Source of the DNA: Eledone cirrhosa
Taxonomy: Eukaryota
Direction of reading: 5' to 3'
Assembly: GCA_964016885.1 (NCBI GenBank)
Contig: OZ024744.1
Location: 68,262,001-68,326,000, forward strand
DNA length: 64,000 nt
The stretch's first letter is position 1, and the number at the start of each line of letters is the position of its first letter. Below the pieces are notes generated by a model that ran no database searches, was not told where the DNA came from, and saw nothing but the letters and a program-made list of their open reading frames with translations. Both the position numbers and the translations under genes were made by a program. This document shows, piece after piece, positions 1 through 13,700 of the stretch.

Positions 1-867
1 AACAAAATGCTGGGAAGAGCACCTCCCTCTCTACCCTGAATTTCCTTTTCAAATGAAATTTGAAAAAGTTAATCAGGGCATCACCGAAGAGGTAAGTGCT
101 CGTCTTCAGCCCTTTCAAACGTGTCCACCATACTATCTCTTTCGCCATGGCCACCAGACAGATAAAAACTGCCTGCCCCTTCCCGGCTAAAGGAAGAGGG
201 CGGGGCAATCCTCACGATGGACTCAGCTGATAGTTGGATCCGTCCTACACGCGACAGGAGGTGTTCGACATAAACCCACACGTCAGCAATGCTCGGACAC
301 TGGACGAGTGCGTGCAGGACGGTTTCGTCGCCCTGCGCGCATCTCGGACATGCCCGGCTGACGGCACCTCCATGCCTGTAGAGTTTATCCCGAACTGGCA
401 AGGCTCCTCGGTAGCACTGCCAGGCCAGAGATTTCTGGAAGTTGTCCATAGGCCCTGGCCCGAAAGTACTTCCGAAGAGATTGGCTAGTTGATTTTCGTC
501 GACGCCTAGAGTTTCCCCAAGTACGCTCTTCCCCTCCACTAATCCTCTATAGAATGCCAAGGTGGGGTTTCCACCGATCACATTGCCCGATTGGTCGAGG
601 GCTGTGAGCGCCTGAAGACATTCCAGTCTCCAAGCGCTCCCTCTCGGTCTTCGCTTGACCCAGGACTGCAGCTCCGTCAAGGAGACGAGCTGGGGAAAGA
701 TGTGTCTAGCAAACGGCGACCACACCTGATCACCGTCGAAGAAGAGGTGGAGATGTCGTAGCCTGAGCGCGTGTCTTCGTATCATCAGCCACGGCATGCC
801 CAGCCCTCCACGTAGCGGGTGTTGACAGCAGATGGACCGCCTGACCATCGGAGCGCGTCCCTTCCAC
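1..867 (-). mobile_element. Tx1/L1-clade LINE, 5'-truncated ORF2 C-terminal fragment
   Basis: ORF 81..869 (RRSICCQHPLRGGLGMP, FQKSLAWQCYRGALPVR, CPRC..ETVLHALVQC) closely matches the ORF2 end of the element at 40072-45876. It abuts (AAT)n. Confidence 0.85.
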
Positions 868-1105
868 AATAATAATAATAATAATAATAATGATATATAT
901 ATATTTGTTTTTAAATATTATAATCAATATGCTGTATTAACTGGCCTACCAATGCACACTGTGAATTTATTTGCCCTAGGTGTCAGGAAGACACTCTGCA
1001 TATATCTCAGAAACAATAATTGTTTCTACTTTAGGCACAAGGCCAGCAATTACCCAGTGCATTACTGGTACTTTAAGAAAATAACAATAATAATGATAAT
1101 AATAA

Positions 1106-2140
1106 ACATGTTCCACAAGAGATAATAAACATGTTCCACAAGAGATCTGAAGGTGGAAGAGATCTTATCAGCACAGAGGACTGTGTTCAGATGGAGAAAA
1201 ACAACCTGCACAAATATGTGACTGACAGTAGGGAGCCAATGCTCAAAATTGTACTGAAGAAGAAGACAATAGACCAGGGTATGTCCAAGGAGGAAATAAC
1301 AACAAGGAGGAAGAACAACTTCATGAAAAATCCCTTCATAGTACCTTCTTTAAAAAAACTGAATTTAGAGATTCACATACATGGAACTGGTTAAAAAGAG
1401 GAGACCTTTAAAAAGCTAGAGAAGGAATGCTAATGGCTGCGCAAGAGCAAACTCTCAGAACGGAATGGGTTAAACACCATATTGACAAGGAGGAGGCTAG
1501 CTCACTGTGTAGGATCTGTGAAGAGAGAGAGGAGACTGTGGCTCACATTGTATCCGAGTGTAAATACCTAGCCCAACTCACTATAAAGGTGGTGACATGA
1601 TGTGATAGGCAGGTTGATCCACTGGCATCTATGCAAAGTAAACAATTTATCACATTCTGAAAAGTGTTATGAGCATAAGGCAGAGTCGGTGAAGGTGCTA
1701 TGGGATTTTAGGATACAGACGGACAAGAAATTAGAACACAATAGGTCTGACCTGGTGGTTTGGGACAAGGAAAAAAGATCGTGCCTGATTGTAGATGTAG
1801 CCTGCCCATTTGACACGAGAGTGCAAGAAAAGGAGAGGGGGAAAATTAACCGATACCAGGACTTAAAGTGGGAATTAAATAGGATTTGGAACTGCCATGA
1901 AATCAAGGTTGTCCTGATTGTCATAGGAGCACTAGGTACTATCTCAAACAGTTTCCAAGGATGGTTAAAGAAGATTAGTCCAGACCCACTTTTTGGAACA
2001 CTTCAAAAGACATGCTTGCTGGGAACAGCAAGAGAACCCTCCAATAAGTCCTGAATATCTGAGGCTGCAGGTAGTGGTTTGATGTTCATTTCAACAAACT
2101 TTCCAGTTAAATAACATCAATGACTGTGAATCAAAAAACA
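1106..2140 (+). mobile_element. R4/Dong-type RLE non-LTR retrotransposon, degraded 3' fragment
   Basis: The motifs LWDFRIQTDKKLEHNRSDLVV, VDVACPFD and IVIGALGT are present. It shares its 3' UTR with the copy at 58085-60505. Confidence 0.85.
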
Positions 2141-2397
2141 ATAATATATATATATTATTATTATATATTTTTTATCATTTTTTTATCATTTATTTTGTTT
2201 TGACCTGTTTAGCTTGATTTGCTTTTTGGCTTAGGTGGTTGATTCTTTCTTGACCACTATTTCAGTTTTGTATGGCCTCTTAACATATTGTTTAGCTCTG
2301 GTTTTTTAACTATCGAGCACTTGCCAGTACTATTTCTGATTTTTGCGTTTCGTTTCGCCGTTTCTACCCGCCGAAATGCGATTCTCGCTGAATCTAT

Positions 2398-2580
2398 ATT
2401 GTTTCTACTTTAGGGACAAGGCCAGCAATTACCCAGTGCATTACTGGTACTTTATTTTATCGACCCCGTAAGGATGAAAGGCAAAGTCAACCTCGGCGGG
2501 ATTTGAACTCAGATCGTAAAGGGACGTAACTATGCTGGAAAGCATGGCGTCCGACCCTCTACCGATACTGCCAATCTACC
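2398..2580 (-). mobile_element. tRNA-derived SINE (MetaSINE-like core)
   Basis: The reverse complement has the B-box GAGTTCAAATCC and the core GCCTTTCATCCTTACGGGGTCGATAAA. About 9 copies occur in the window. Confidence 0.85.
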
Positions 2581-2583
2581 AAT

Positions 2584-2657
2584 GCTGTGATATATATTTC
2601 AATGACGACACTGGCCACACTGTTCTGTGTGCGAGTGTTGTGACATCATCAGACAGC
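2584..2657 (-). ncRNA. Type I hammerhead ribozyme motif
   Basis: Minus strand reads GCTGT-CTGATGA-[imperfect extended stem II]-GAA-ATATATAT-C^ACAGC, with a perfect 5-bp stem I. Confidence 0.8.
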
Positions 2658-2997
2658 TTGTTACATAATAAGGTTATGTTTCCGAGGCAATCCAAGTTGA
2701 ATCGACATGGGAACGGACGAAGTGTGTGCTTTTGGTTTCTTCATCCGTTCCTCTGTGAGTACCAATTCACCCCCACCGGTCTGCGCAGGCGCATGTCCGA
2801 AGGAAGTTGACCATTAGCTACCGCAGATTTCAACGAAATTCGCTTAGTCAGTTCACTCTTTCAGCCAAACAATGACCCATTTAGGCCTGTACCATAGTTT
2901 ACTGCTACCCGTCCCGTTTGTGGCAGACAGCCGAAAGCCAGAGGGGATGGGAGAGTGTTAGTTTTTACAGGTCACAATACTACCTCTCACCCAGCAT

Positions 2998-3190
<193 letters not shown>

Positions 3191-3454
3191 AAAGGTAAAC
3201 AGAAATAACAACACAATCGGAACAGTATATGGAAAGAATATATTAAGTTAACGCTTGAAATAACAGGAAGAGGGTCTTAACGTTTCAGACGCTAGTCCTT
3301 CAGGACGTACATCCCACCCCAAGTACACACTATTTCTGTATTACCCGAACATTGAACCTCGTTCTTCCCCCAACTCTCATATTCACATCCACACACACAC
3401 ACGTACACCTACACAGATACACACACACCATCATCAGCCCTCCGCGCTCGGGCC

Positions 3455-4420
3455 CTGCTTGGTGAGGAGGTTGATTTTGGACACCTTGTGGGATGAAAAA
3501 CAAAACCAATCGAAGGCCGGAGCAAAAAAGGAAAGTTAACGGCCATCCGATAAAGTATTTTTTTTTTTTTTGTGGTGCAAGAGACTCCTAGTCTTCATTA
3601 AGACATCTCTCTAGTAGAAGGTCACTCTGATATAAAATCTGCGACTTCATTTCTATCCAATGATGTGGACCAGTTCTTCTTTGTGGGCAAATACATTCGA
3701 TGTTCAGAGAGTGGGATTAGCCCCGTGCAATGCCTTTCCTCACTTAAAAATGCTTGAAGCACAGGCATTGCGTGTTATGTGATATTTTTGGCGATGATGG
3801 TATTGCTGGACATGGGCAAGTCCCTAGCAGGGCTAAAAAGCTACGTCCTTGTAGTTCATGCTTAAGTATCAAATGATGGCATTACTCGAAATCGAGTTGT
3901 AGCAATCATTTTATCGGTAGAGGGTTGGACGCCATGCTTTCTAGCATAGTTACGTCCCTTTACAGTCTGAGTTCAAATCCCGCCGAGTTTAACTTTGCCT
4001 TTCATCCTTACGGGGTCGATAAAATAAAGTACCAGTAATGTACTGGGTATTTGCTGGCCTTGTGCCTAAAGTAGAAACAATTATTACTTCTATTATACCT
4101 TTCTAACACACTAATTAAGAAAAAAAATATCCTTTCTACGTAGCTTTAACTTCTATAACATGTATGTAGCACCTAAGAATGTGTTTAGGTAAATACACCG
4201 CTATTTCTTCCCAACCTACACAATAGATTCTGCAAACCTAAATGACTTCTTGCTATTTTTCACAAGTCTAAGTAGAGTTTTCCCACGCCGTATATAACTA
4301 GCAACCGAAACAACCAAATTAACTCCCCATCCATAAGACTTCTTTAGAACTCAATTCTTGTCAATGTAAATTTCAGGAATGTCGGATTGTCGTGCTGCGA
4401 AATTATTTCTCTACCGAAAG
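3455..4420. repeat. Dispersed repeat with an inverted copy at ~24525-25335; this copy is interrupted by a SINE
   Basis: It is near-identical to the reverse complement of 24525-25335, which lacks the SINE at 3914-4085. Confidence 0.75.
3914..4085 (+). mobile_element. tRNA-derived SINE (MetaSINE-like), 5'-truncated
   Basis: Has the B-box and GCCTTTCATCC core. The empty site is visible at ~24870. Confidence 0.85.
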
Positions 4421-4597
4421 AAAAAAACCTTTCTTCCTCAGAGATCACGTTAAAAAATTTCAGAAAATTTACGAAGTTTTGATAATCACTACTAAGTTGA
4501 AAGAAACTAATCAATTAAAGGTTAATTCAAAAAGCCTTCAAAAAATCCCTCAGAAAAGGCCCATTTAATATTTTTAATAAGAACCTCTCCCGAGAGG

Positions 4598-5692
4598 CCC
4601 TTCGAAGAATTAAAATTTTAGAGTGCCTTTAAGGATATATATAAACGAATTGAGGAAAATTATAAATTAAATGTTAAAAATTACGGGATTTGGGATATCT
4701 GAGGAATTTTCAAAGGGCTGCTTCAACAGATACAACTTAGGTATAATAGATAAAATAATTTAAGTAATTTAAGTAATTTAATTAGGGAGCAATTCAAAGA
4801 GCTTATCAAGTTGGGCAAGATTAAAGAAAATGATGAGTAAGAAAATACATAAGCAAAAAGACAATAATTATAAAATGTATTTTTAAGAAGGTATAAGGTA
4901 GCTTCAGTAATCTAATAATGTACTATCAAAAAATTACTATAAAATTATTAATACAGGATTAACAAAGACATAATAATATATTCCTGCCTAATTAACAAAT
5001 AATCAATAAACAATTAACAGTCAAGCAAAATTAGCTCAGGGATAACCCGCGCTCGGATACTTTACACACATACAGCAAAACATAGGATTAACAAAGACCC
5101 TTCGGAGAATTAAAATTTTAGAGTGCCTTTAAGGATATATATAAACGAATTGAGGAAAATTATAAATTAAAAGTTAAAAATTACGTGATTTGGGATATCT
5201 GAGGAATTTTCAAAGGGTTGCTTCAACAGATACAACTTAGGTATAATAGATAAAATAATTTAAGTAATTTAAGTAATTTAATTAGGGAGCAATTCAAAGA
5301 GCTTATCAAGTTGGGCAAGATTAAAGAAAATGATGAGTAAGAAAATACATAAGCAAAAAGACAATAATTATAAAATGTATTTTTATGAAGGTATAATCTA
5401 ATAATGTACTATCAAAAAATTACTATAAAATTATTAATACAGGATTAACAAAGACATAATAATATATTCCTGCCTAATTAACAAATAATCAATAAACAAT
5501 TAACAGTCAAGCAAAATTAGCTCAGGGATAACCCGCGCTCGGATACTTTACACACATACAGCAAAACATAGGATTAACAAAGACATAATGGTATATTCCT
5601 GCCTAATTAACAAACAATCAATAAACAATTGATAGTCAAGAAAATGTACTCAGGGATATCCCACGCACGGATACTTTACACACATACAGCAA
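4598..5692. repeat. ~500-bp tandem duplication plus a partial third unit
   Basis: CCCTTCG(A/G)AGAATTAAAATTTTAGAGTGCC occurs at 4598 and 5098. CTCAGGGATA...CGGATACTTTACACACATACAGCAA occurs three times. Confidence 0.85.
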
Positions 5693-6348
5693 GATGAACA
5701 ATACAGGTGGCCTTGTGGGTGCGATATCCATTGTGCGTATGTAGTCATCAGCATAGCTCCAGGCACAGTTGGTCTTGTTTAAAAGTTCCGAGTTCACGAA
5801 TCAACTGGGATTCACTATCAGCTGTGTGGACTCTCTGGGAAATGTACCTGTGGATCAAATAGCTAGTGGTTGCTGGGTGTGGTCCGTTCGATCTTTTAGT
5901 TTCGGGGGTTGCACGCTTTTGCGATAGATCAGCCTGCCGGTTCTAAATCCAAGGTCTCGCTGCATAGGATGTATTGGTTTACATGCTATATTGGTAAAAA
6001 AACCAGTGTGGATTTGACTGGGGTGGTATATTGCGTCTATCGCTAATATCACCTCCTCTCACGAACTCCAAGCACACACGCGACTGGTCAAATGCGAAGG
6101 GCTGTCCCCTCTTTGTTTGTTGTAGGGGTCGGTTCCAGCTTAGATGGTGGTCGTGTTATCCATATTCCGTCAGCCATGCATATTCAAGACAGATCAGGGT
6201 ATATATTTGCGGGTATGGTCCGGCGTCTACGCTATCCAAAGGGTCTTTCTGCTCTGCTTATACGTATAGAGCTTAACTAGCTACCGCCGCATATTTGGTA
6301 GGTCAGGCGTGATCATCGCGATTCACATACGACCTACCATACATCTTG

Positions 6349-6470
<122 letters not shown>

Positions 6471-6491
6471 CATATATATATACATATATAT

Positions 6492-7096
6492 ATCAGAATG
6501 GAGGCGGTAAAAACCAGGTCAGTTCCTTGCTTACCAGAGTACTTGATACTTGGGATAGTAGAGTGGGCAATATGAAATAATTCAGAACACCAATGGTTGA
6601 GCTCCGGCCGTTTCAACAGCTAGATCCGAACTGATGCCCCGGTATTCGAGCGACGGTAATTTAGCTTGTCTCCTCAGACAGTATAGTTCCAATGTGGGCA
6701 GACAGTCCTTGTATCTTTAAAGTTCTCTTGTTTGGGGAGTTTTTCGGGGTGTGGTGAGTGATCGGGGAGTTTTTACATTTATACACACAGACATTAGGCC
6801 CGTAGGTAAATGATTAACACTATAGCGTTAGCATTTTTAAAGAAAGCTACAAGTTAGCATTCAATTATTTTCTGTTGCTAAAGTATTGCGATGGCTTTGA
6901 TAAACTGATACAAAAACACTTTGAGGCATTTTTTATATAAAACAGGGAATTCATAATACTATAGATTCTTATCAAACCTAACGATAGCACGAGAACGAAA
7001 TTAACAAAAACTATCTTTAAGATTACTAATAGATTTACTGGTGTTTGAAATAAGTAAATTAGTGAACAAGGTGCCATTCCCGACCCACAGAGCTGT

Positions 7097-7099
<3 letters not shown>
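6492..7099 (-). mobile_element. ~610-bp non-coding element in (TA)n with a degenerate hammerhead-like motif (second copy 23621-24236)
   Basis: Two near-identical copies lie in opposite orientation, both bounded by (TA)n. Motif: CTGAGGA-GACAAGCTA...TAGCTGTT-GAAACGG. Confidence 0.7.
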
Positions 7100-7160
<61 letters not shown>

Positions 7161-7211
7161 ACAGCTGCGAGATACATATATATGTATCTCGGCCTTTTGG
7201 CTAAGATCAAA

Positions 7212-7248
<37 letters not shown>

Positions 7249-7400
7249 GCACAGCCAAAGAAACGACCAAGTAATTCGGGTCAAACAATAAAAATATATG
7301 TGATTGAAAAAAAATATATATATATATATATATTTTTTTTTTCAATCACATATATTTTTATTGTTTGACCCGAATTACTTGGTCGTTTCTTTGGCTGTGC

Positions 7401-7465
<65 letters not shown>

Positions 7466-7643
7466 TTTGATCTTAGCCAAAAGGCCGAGATACATATATA
7501 TGTATCTCGCAGCTGTTGATATATATATATATATATATCAACAGCTCTGTGGGTCGGGAATGGCACCTTGTTCACTAATTTACTTATTTCAAACACCAGT
7601 AAATCTATTAGTAATCTTAAAGATAGTTTTTGTTAATTTCGTT

Positions 7644-7645
<2 letters not shown>
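6995..7645. repeat. Large inverted duplication centred on the (TA)n at ~7325
   Basis: Three unique blocks separated by (TA)n are mirrored on each side. Part of one block recurs at 7696-7762. Confidence 0.85.
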
Positions 7646-7704
<59 letters not shown>

Positions 7705-7915
7705 TCAATCACATATATTTTTATTGTTTGACCCGAATTACTTGGTCGTTTCTTTGGCTGTGCGGATGTTTTGTTCAACCACCATCTCAGTGTGTTTGGC
7801 CTTTAACGTATGTTGTAGCTCTGATTCATCTGAATCATCTAGCGCTTGCCACACATCTCGGAAGTTGTTTTTCGTTAATTCCTAAGCCGAAATACGATTC
7901 TCGCTAATTTATATT

Positions 7916-7980
<65 letters not shown>

Positions 7981-8102
7981 ATATATGTATATATATGTAT
8001 GTAAAATATATGTATGTAAAAGGTAAAGAGAAATAACAACACAATCGGTACAGTATATGGAAGGTATATATTAGGTTAACGCTTGATATAGCAGGAAGAG
8101 GG

Positions 8103-8138
8103 TCTTAACGTTTCAGACGTCAGTCCTTCATCAGAAGA
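8103..8138 (-). ncRNA. Minimal type I hammerhead motif (PLE pLTR type)
   Basis: TCTT-CTGATGA-AGGAC tgac GTCT-GAA-ACGT-T^AAGA. A broken sister copy lies at ~3274-3304. Confidence 0.8.
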
Positions 8139-8874
8139 AAGAATGATTAATAAAATAGATTGAGGGGACGGCCGGGATGGGATTGGAAAAATGTAGGTCC
8201 ATATAAGTGAGAAAAACTTTATATATGGGAATACAGGCCAGACAGAAAAAATCATATTTTGGTTTTTCTCGTTTATATAAAGATCTCCCAAACATGGTTT
8301 CGTTGGCAGAAACAAATTATTGGAATTACCAATAATTGAAGAATCCGAGTACTCTTCAGGGAAGTTTAATTCTTCAAAGCTATTGATCGAGAAATTATAC
8401 ATACAGTTTCAATTGCTGAGATATCATACCGTCCAAAAAGCACGATTTGTTGTTGGATCATTAAATGATCAAACCTCTCTTAACATATTAGGACTAGGTG
8501 ATAGGCGCATAATGTAGCTAGAAATAGCAGCCAAAAGAACGTCGGATACAACTCGACAAATTAAGGAGTAGTTTAATATTAATTAAAGGTTAATTAGTCT
8601 CTAATACTTAAACATCTCAATGAGTGGATAAAATGTGTAGATAAGATATCACTTAGAGAAGCAATATGACATTAAATTTAAGTGAGGAAAACACTGACTA
8701 AAATATTTTAGTCTGTCTTCCATAAACAAAATCTTCTCACTTAAATTTAATATGTAATATTGCTTCTCTGAATAATATCTTATCTATAATCTATATATTT
8801 TATCCACTCATTGAGATGGTTAAGTATTAGAGACTAATTAACCTTTAATTTATATATACATATATATATATATA

Positions 8875-8946
<72 letters not shown>

Positions 8947-9042
8947 CTTAAGTACGTTAATGTAAAATCGAACCATCCTCATTCCATTATTAAATCTATC
9001 CCTAAAAATATATCCATAAGGATCTCCCGACTGTCGTCTAAT

Positions 9043-9981
9043 TTGCAGACCTTCAACGAGCATGCTGAATATTATAATGACGCACTTAGAAAAACTGGTT
9101 ACTGCGAGAAAATTGAATATCTAGACGATAACCACATAAGTACTATGAATAAAACACATCTAAGTCGAACTAGTATTGCACCACACACACACATCAATAG
9201 GCATACTAACAGGTGCAAACCAGCAAATAGAGTCAGACGTAGAGAGTACATATGGTATAACCCCGTGTACAATTCTTCTATTAGCACTAAGATTATCTCA
9301 CAATTCTATACACTAATCAATAAACACTTTACAACTTCACATAAATACTATAAAATCTTTAACTCGCGCACCATTAGACTCTCATACTCCACTGCACCTA
9401 ACATAGAACAACTAATTAGAAAACTCAACTCAGCAATACTGAATAAGTACATCCCTAATGACTCAGCGCACCAGCATAGCAACATGCAACGCACTAACAC
9501 GCAACTGCAACCCCACCAAACTATCCAGGATTCTACTGCAAAACATAAAAATAGTTGTAACTGCACCAAACCAGGTACGTGCCCACTGAATAACCAGTGC
9601 CTAGCACGCAATATTGTCTACCGGTGTACAATAAATTCCGGGACCAACAAATGGTATTACGTCGGATGTACCGCAACTTCTTTCAAGGCTCGCCTATACC
9701 AACATCGATCTTCGATCAGGCACGAGAAAATGCGCTCCGTAACAACCCTCGCCGATAAAGCCTGGCAGCTTCGGAGGAACAATCAAGCGTTCTCCCTTGA
9801 TTGGCAAATTATTGCAGCTGCGCCTGCATATCAGCAAAATCATCGATTCTGCAAGTTATGCAATTTAGAGATATACTGCATTTTAACGTCGGTAAACAAA
9901 CTTTTGAACAGCAAAATTGAACGTTCTCTATACTGTAACCATCGTTTGAAAACGACTTTTTCTTTTTTTAAATGCATATAA
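9043..9981 (+). CDS. PLE polyprotein C-terminal part with Cys linker and GIY-YIG endonuclease
   Basis: WYNPVY..IFNSRTIRLSYS, CNC..CPL..CL, IVYRC..YVGCT..FKARLYQH, CKLCNLE, LLNSK. Confidence 0.85.
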   Translation: MQTFNEHAEYYNDALRKTGYCEKIEYLDDNHISTMNKTHLSRTSIAPHTHINRHTNRCKPANRVRRREYIWYNPVYNSSISTKIISQFYTLINKHFTTSHKYYKIFNSRTIRLSYSTAPNIEQLIRKLNSAILNKYIPNDSAHQHSNMQRTNTQLQPHQTIQDSTAKHKNSCNCTKPGTCPLNNQCLARNIVYRCTINSGTNKWYYVGCTATSFKARLYQHRSSIRHEKMRSVTTLADKAWQLRRNNQAFSLDWQIIAAAPAYQQNHRFCKLCNLEIYCILTSVNKLLNSKIERSLYCNHRLKTTFSFFKCI

Positions 9982-10391
9982 TGTTACCTTTTTACACCAA
10001 CGTTTGCAAATTTCTGTCTTATATGTTTATACACTAGATATGACTTTCTATAATAATAGTACTAAACACTGTTTTTCTGGACCCCTTTAAAAATAACCTG
10101 CTACTATAATAGCCCTAATAACTTGTCTGTGACATTATACCACTTTGACCCCTCTAACTAAATTTTGTCCGAACAACACCACTAGAAGTATCTACTTCCC
10201 AGCCAACCTTAGCACGCCTCATTAAGCTAACTGCTGCCAAAACATTCTCTCTTCACAATCTCTGCTAGTCTGACAGTCTTAAACCCTAAGACTCCCTCCA
10301 CCTTACTCACTTCCCTCTTCCCCTTCTCTTCCTACCTCCTTCTTTATCTTTTATCTAGTGTATAAAATATTTTCATATCATTCTAATACAA

Positions 10392-10508
10392 AGGTCTGAT
10401 GACATGGTGTGTTGGCTTACAGTGTACTTTCGGTTTTTGATAATATTTGTGTATTATTCAAATAGCGAGGTATAGGTAACTCATACACTATAGAAACAAT
10501 TGTTACCT
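10392..10508 (+). ncRNA. Type I hammerhead motif with a ~90-nt stem II domain
   Basis: AGGT-CTGATGA-cATGGTGT...ACACTATa-GAA-ACAATTGT-T^ACCT. TATAAAA lies ~30 nt upstream. Confidence 0.8.
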
Positions 10509-10545
10509 AATAAATTCTATATACCCGCATTTCCATTTCGTAAAG

Positions 10546-10589
<44 letters not shown>

Positions 10590-10645
10590 CTATATACCTA
10601 TATATCTATATCTATCTATCTATCTATCTCTCACTCTCTCTCACA

Positions 10646-10693
<48 letters not shown>

Positions 10694-10749
10694 GATAAAA
10701 TGTGGAGAGGAAGCACACGAGTTAGGATATATATATATATATATATGAA

Positions 10750-13700
10750 AACAGGGAGAAAGAGACGATTAATAGGAAGAAAAATATATTTTTTTCTTTT
10801 TTTGTTTCTCTCTCTTTTTTCTGGGTTAGAAAATGATTAAAACGAAATGTTTTACTTTGTGTGAAGTGTTAAGGTATTAGTTGATTTATTTATTATTTAA
10901 CAATGGCATTTATTTATCTATTTATATATTTAATTATTGTCTCTTACCAGTTTCAGCATTTTTATGCATTATCAAATGATAGTGAAATGTATTAGTGTGG
11001 TGTCGCACATGTTAAAGAGAAGGTGCAGAAAGAATAATGTTATTTACAAACAAGGTTTATGAAGTGAAAAGAAAAAAGAAAAAGGAAAAAGAACGTGCAT
11101 AATGTAGAATATAAAAAGTCAATGAGGAAGAAAAAATAATGTTATTTACAAGCAAAGTTATTGAAGTTAAGCAGATCAAAGTGTGTTAATATAGCAAGAG
11201 TGCTTAGTTGATCCATGATTCCATGATGGAGGCAAATGGTAGACTGAGGTTTGATATGATTTCCCTTTTTAGAGAGTTAATATGCAGGGGAAGCAATTCT
11301 TGCTGGATGATATTTAATTTATTTAAGAAAAAGGATTAGGTAGGGTGTGAGGGAGGTAACTCTTTTAAATGTTTCATCGTTGTTGCAGTTTTAGATTGGT
11401 CCGATTTTTAGAGCATTAAGTAGGTGTTGGAATTTATTAATGAAATATGTTTCCTTATTGGTATGTTGGATGAAAGTAGCGTTGTCTATGAATTTGTAAA
11501 TGGGGAACATTTTTAAGTTTGGATGTTGGTTGTGAGCATAATTGGCGATATGTTCACTAAATGCAATCTTTCTGTATTCCTGTATTTTAATTTGTGATTT
11601 ATGGAAGCTCATACGTTGACGGAGGCTGTTTTTTGTCTATCCTATGTAGTGCTCTTGACAACCTGAGCAGGTCAAAACTTAGATAAGGTTTTCAGATGCA
11701 CATGTAAAGTTGTGCTTAACTGTGAAACGCTGTCCTTGTTTAAAATGGAATGTTGAACCTTCTATTAGATTTATGCATATGCCACAGGTCGGCCTTCCGC
11801 ATTTTGTTACTGTAGGTTTCATTGTGAGGGTTTGTTGGATTTTGGCTTGTGTGAGGATGTTTTTTATAGATTTAGGTTGTCTTTTGCTCTTTATGATGTT
11901 GTGTGTTTGGTGGATTTTGTTCATTCTTGGGTCTCTTTTCAGTAAAGGAATGTTCTGGAGGATGGTGTCGAATGCCTCATTGTTGAGGGGGTTATGTGTG
12001 GAGATGTATGGTAGAGTTTTTTGTTGCGGTTCATTCCTGGGTTTGGGGTGTCTGAGTTCCTGGATGTCTAGTTTTAGGGCACGTTGGAATCCATTGGTGA
12101 TTAGGGATGGTGGGTAGTTTCTGCTGATAAGTGTGTTTTTTAATTCTTCTAGTCGTGTGTAGCATGTGTATTTATTTCAAACTATTGTGCAGATCCTTCT
12201 GGCTAGGTTATAAGGAATTGCCATTTTGGTGTGTCTAGGTTGGCACGAGTTGAATGGAAGGTTTTGTTTGGAGTCTGTGGGTTTGTAGTATATGTCTGTT
12301 TCTATTTTGTTGCTTGTTTTCTTGATGAGGATGTCGAGGAAAGGGAGTTGTTCATGGCTGTAATCCATTGTGAATTGTAAGTTTGTGTTGTTGAGTCCAT
12401 TCAGAAGGGTTTTAAACTCAATCAGTTTATCTATACTTTCATGCCAGAGGATGAAGTTATCGTCCATATATCTCTTCCAGTTCTTTTCTATGTGTAGGTA
12501 GAAGTGGTTACCGTATTTGTCTAGGACTTTGCGGTAGAGAGGGGTTTCCAAATATCCCATGACAAGGTTGGCGTATGAGGGGGCCACTTTCGTGCCCATG
12601 GCTGTCCTAGATTTCTGTCTGTAGTATTTGGCATTGAATTCGAAGAAATTGTTTTCCAAGATGAATTTGAATCCCTCCAACACAAATTCTTTAGGAATGC
12701 GCTGTGGGAGTTTTACTAGGGAAATCTTCCATCCAGAATTGTATTTCTTCTATACCTAGGTTGTGTGGGATATTGGAATATAAATTGATGACATCAAAGG
12801 TTACTAGTAGGGTATGTTCGTTATTGAGTGTTGTTGGGAGGTGGTTGAGCATGTCAAGGTGGTCCCTTATGAAGCTTTTTATATGTTTTAGGAAAGGTTT
12901 AAGCAGAATATCTAGGAAGTTGCTTAGGCGGTGGGTTTCACATGTGGTGCCTGCTATTATGGGTCTTATTTAAGGTCATCAGGAAGGGGCTATATTGATG
13001 TAAACGTCTGTGGCTTGCTTGCAAGCCCTACCTATTACTTCGCTTTTGTGTGTCTTGGGGATACCGTAGAAGAGACTGGTTCTGCTTTTGAAATTGGTGA
13101 TGTGGTTGTATTCCTTGTTTGTAAGGCCTTCTTTGTAACGGGTTGTTAGGGATTTTAGGTTTCTCATTATTTTCTGTTGTGTGTAGTGATGGGCCTTTTC
13201 ATAATATGTTTCGTTTTCTAGAGTTGAGAGTACTAGAGTTGTGTAATAATCTGTCTCCATAAGGACTACTGTACTCCCTTTATCTGCCTCTTTGATTGTT
13301 AGGGTTTTGTCGTTTTTTAGACTGTTAAGACCATTCCATTCTTTTTTGCTTAGGTTTGGTTTTTGTTTATGTCTGTGTAGGTGGTGGTATGGGTAATTAG
13401 TAATGTGTTCGCAGAATTGATTGAGGAATTTATTCTTGCCTTTTGGTGGAGGGTAGTTGCTTCTATTTCTGGCTATTGAGTCATCCTCGTTGTATTTGTC
13501 GTATAGTTTTTCGCTGAGTCTTAGTTTTCTACAGAATTCTAATTCTTCATTTCGGGGTAGTTTGGTTGTTGGGGAGTTGGTGTAAATTTTAGACCTTTGG
13601 AGAGTATGTTGATTTGGTCTGTTGTTAATTCTTTAGAGGTTAAATTGACAATTTTTATTACATTTTGTGTCTCCTGTGTGTTTTGTGTTATTTTGTAATC

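Larger units (their letters stand above)
8945..10548 (+). mobile_element. Penelope-like element, 5'-truncated (RT C-terminus, GIY-YIG endonuclease, pLTR; possibly Nematis-type)
   Basis: Contains ORF 9043..9981 and a hammerhead in the 3' region, with (TA)n on both sides. The clade call is tentative. Confidence 0.85.

Noticed and set aside
4560-5700. Possible mitochondrial rRNA NUMT (CAGGGATAAC resembles a 16S motif)
   Set aside because: The match is only ~10 nt and the surrounding conserved 16S sequence is absent.
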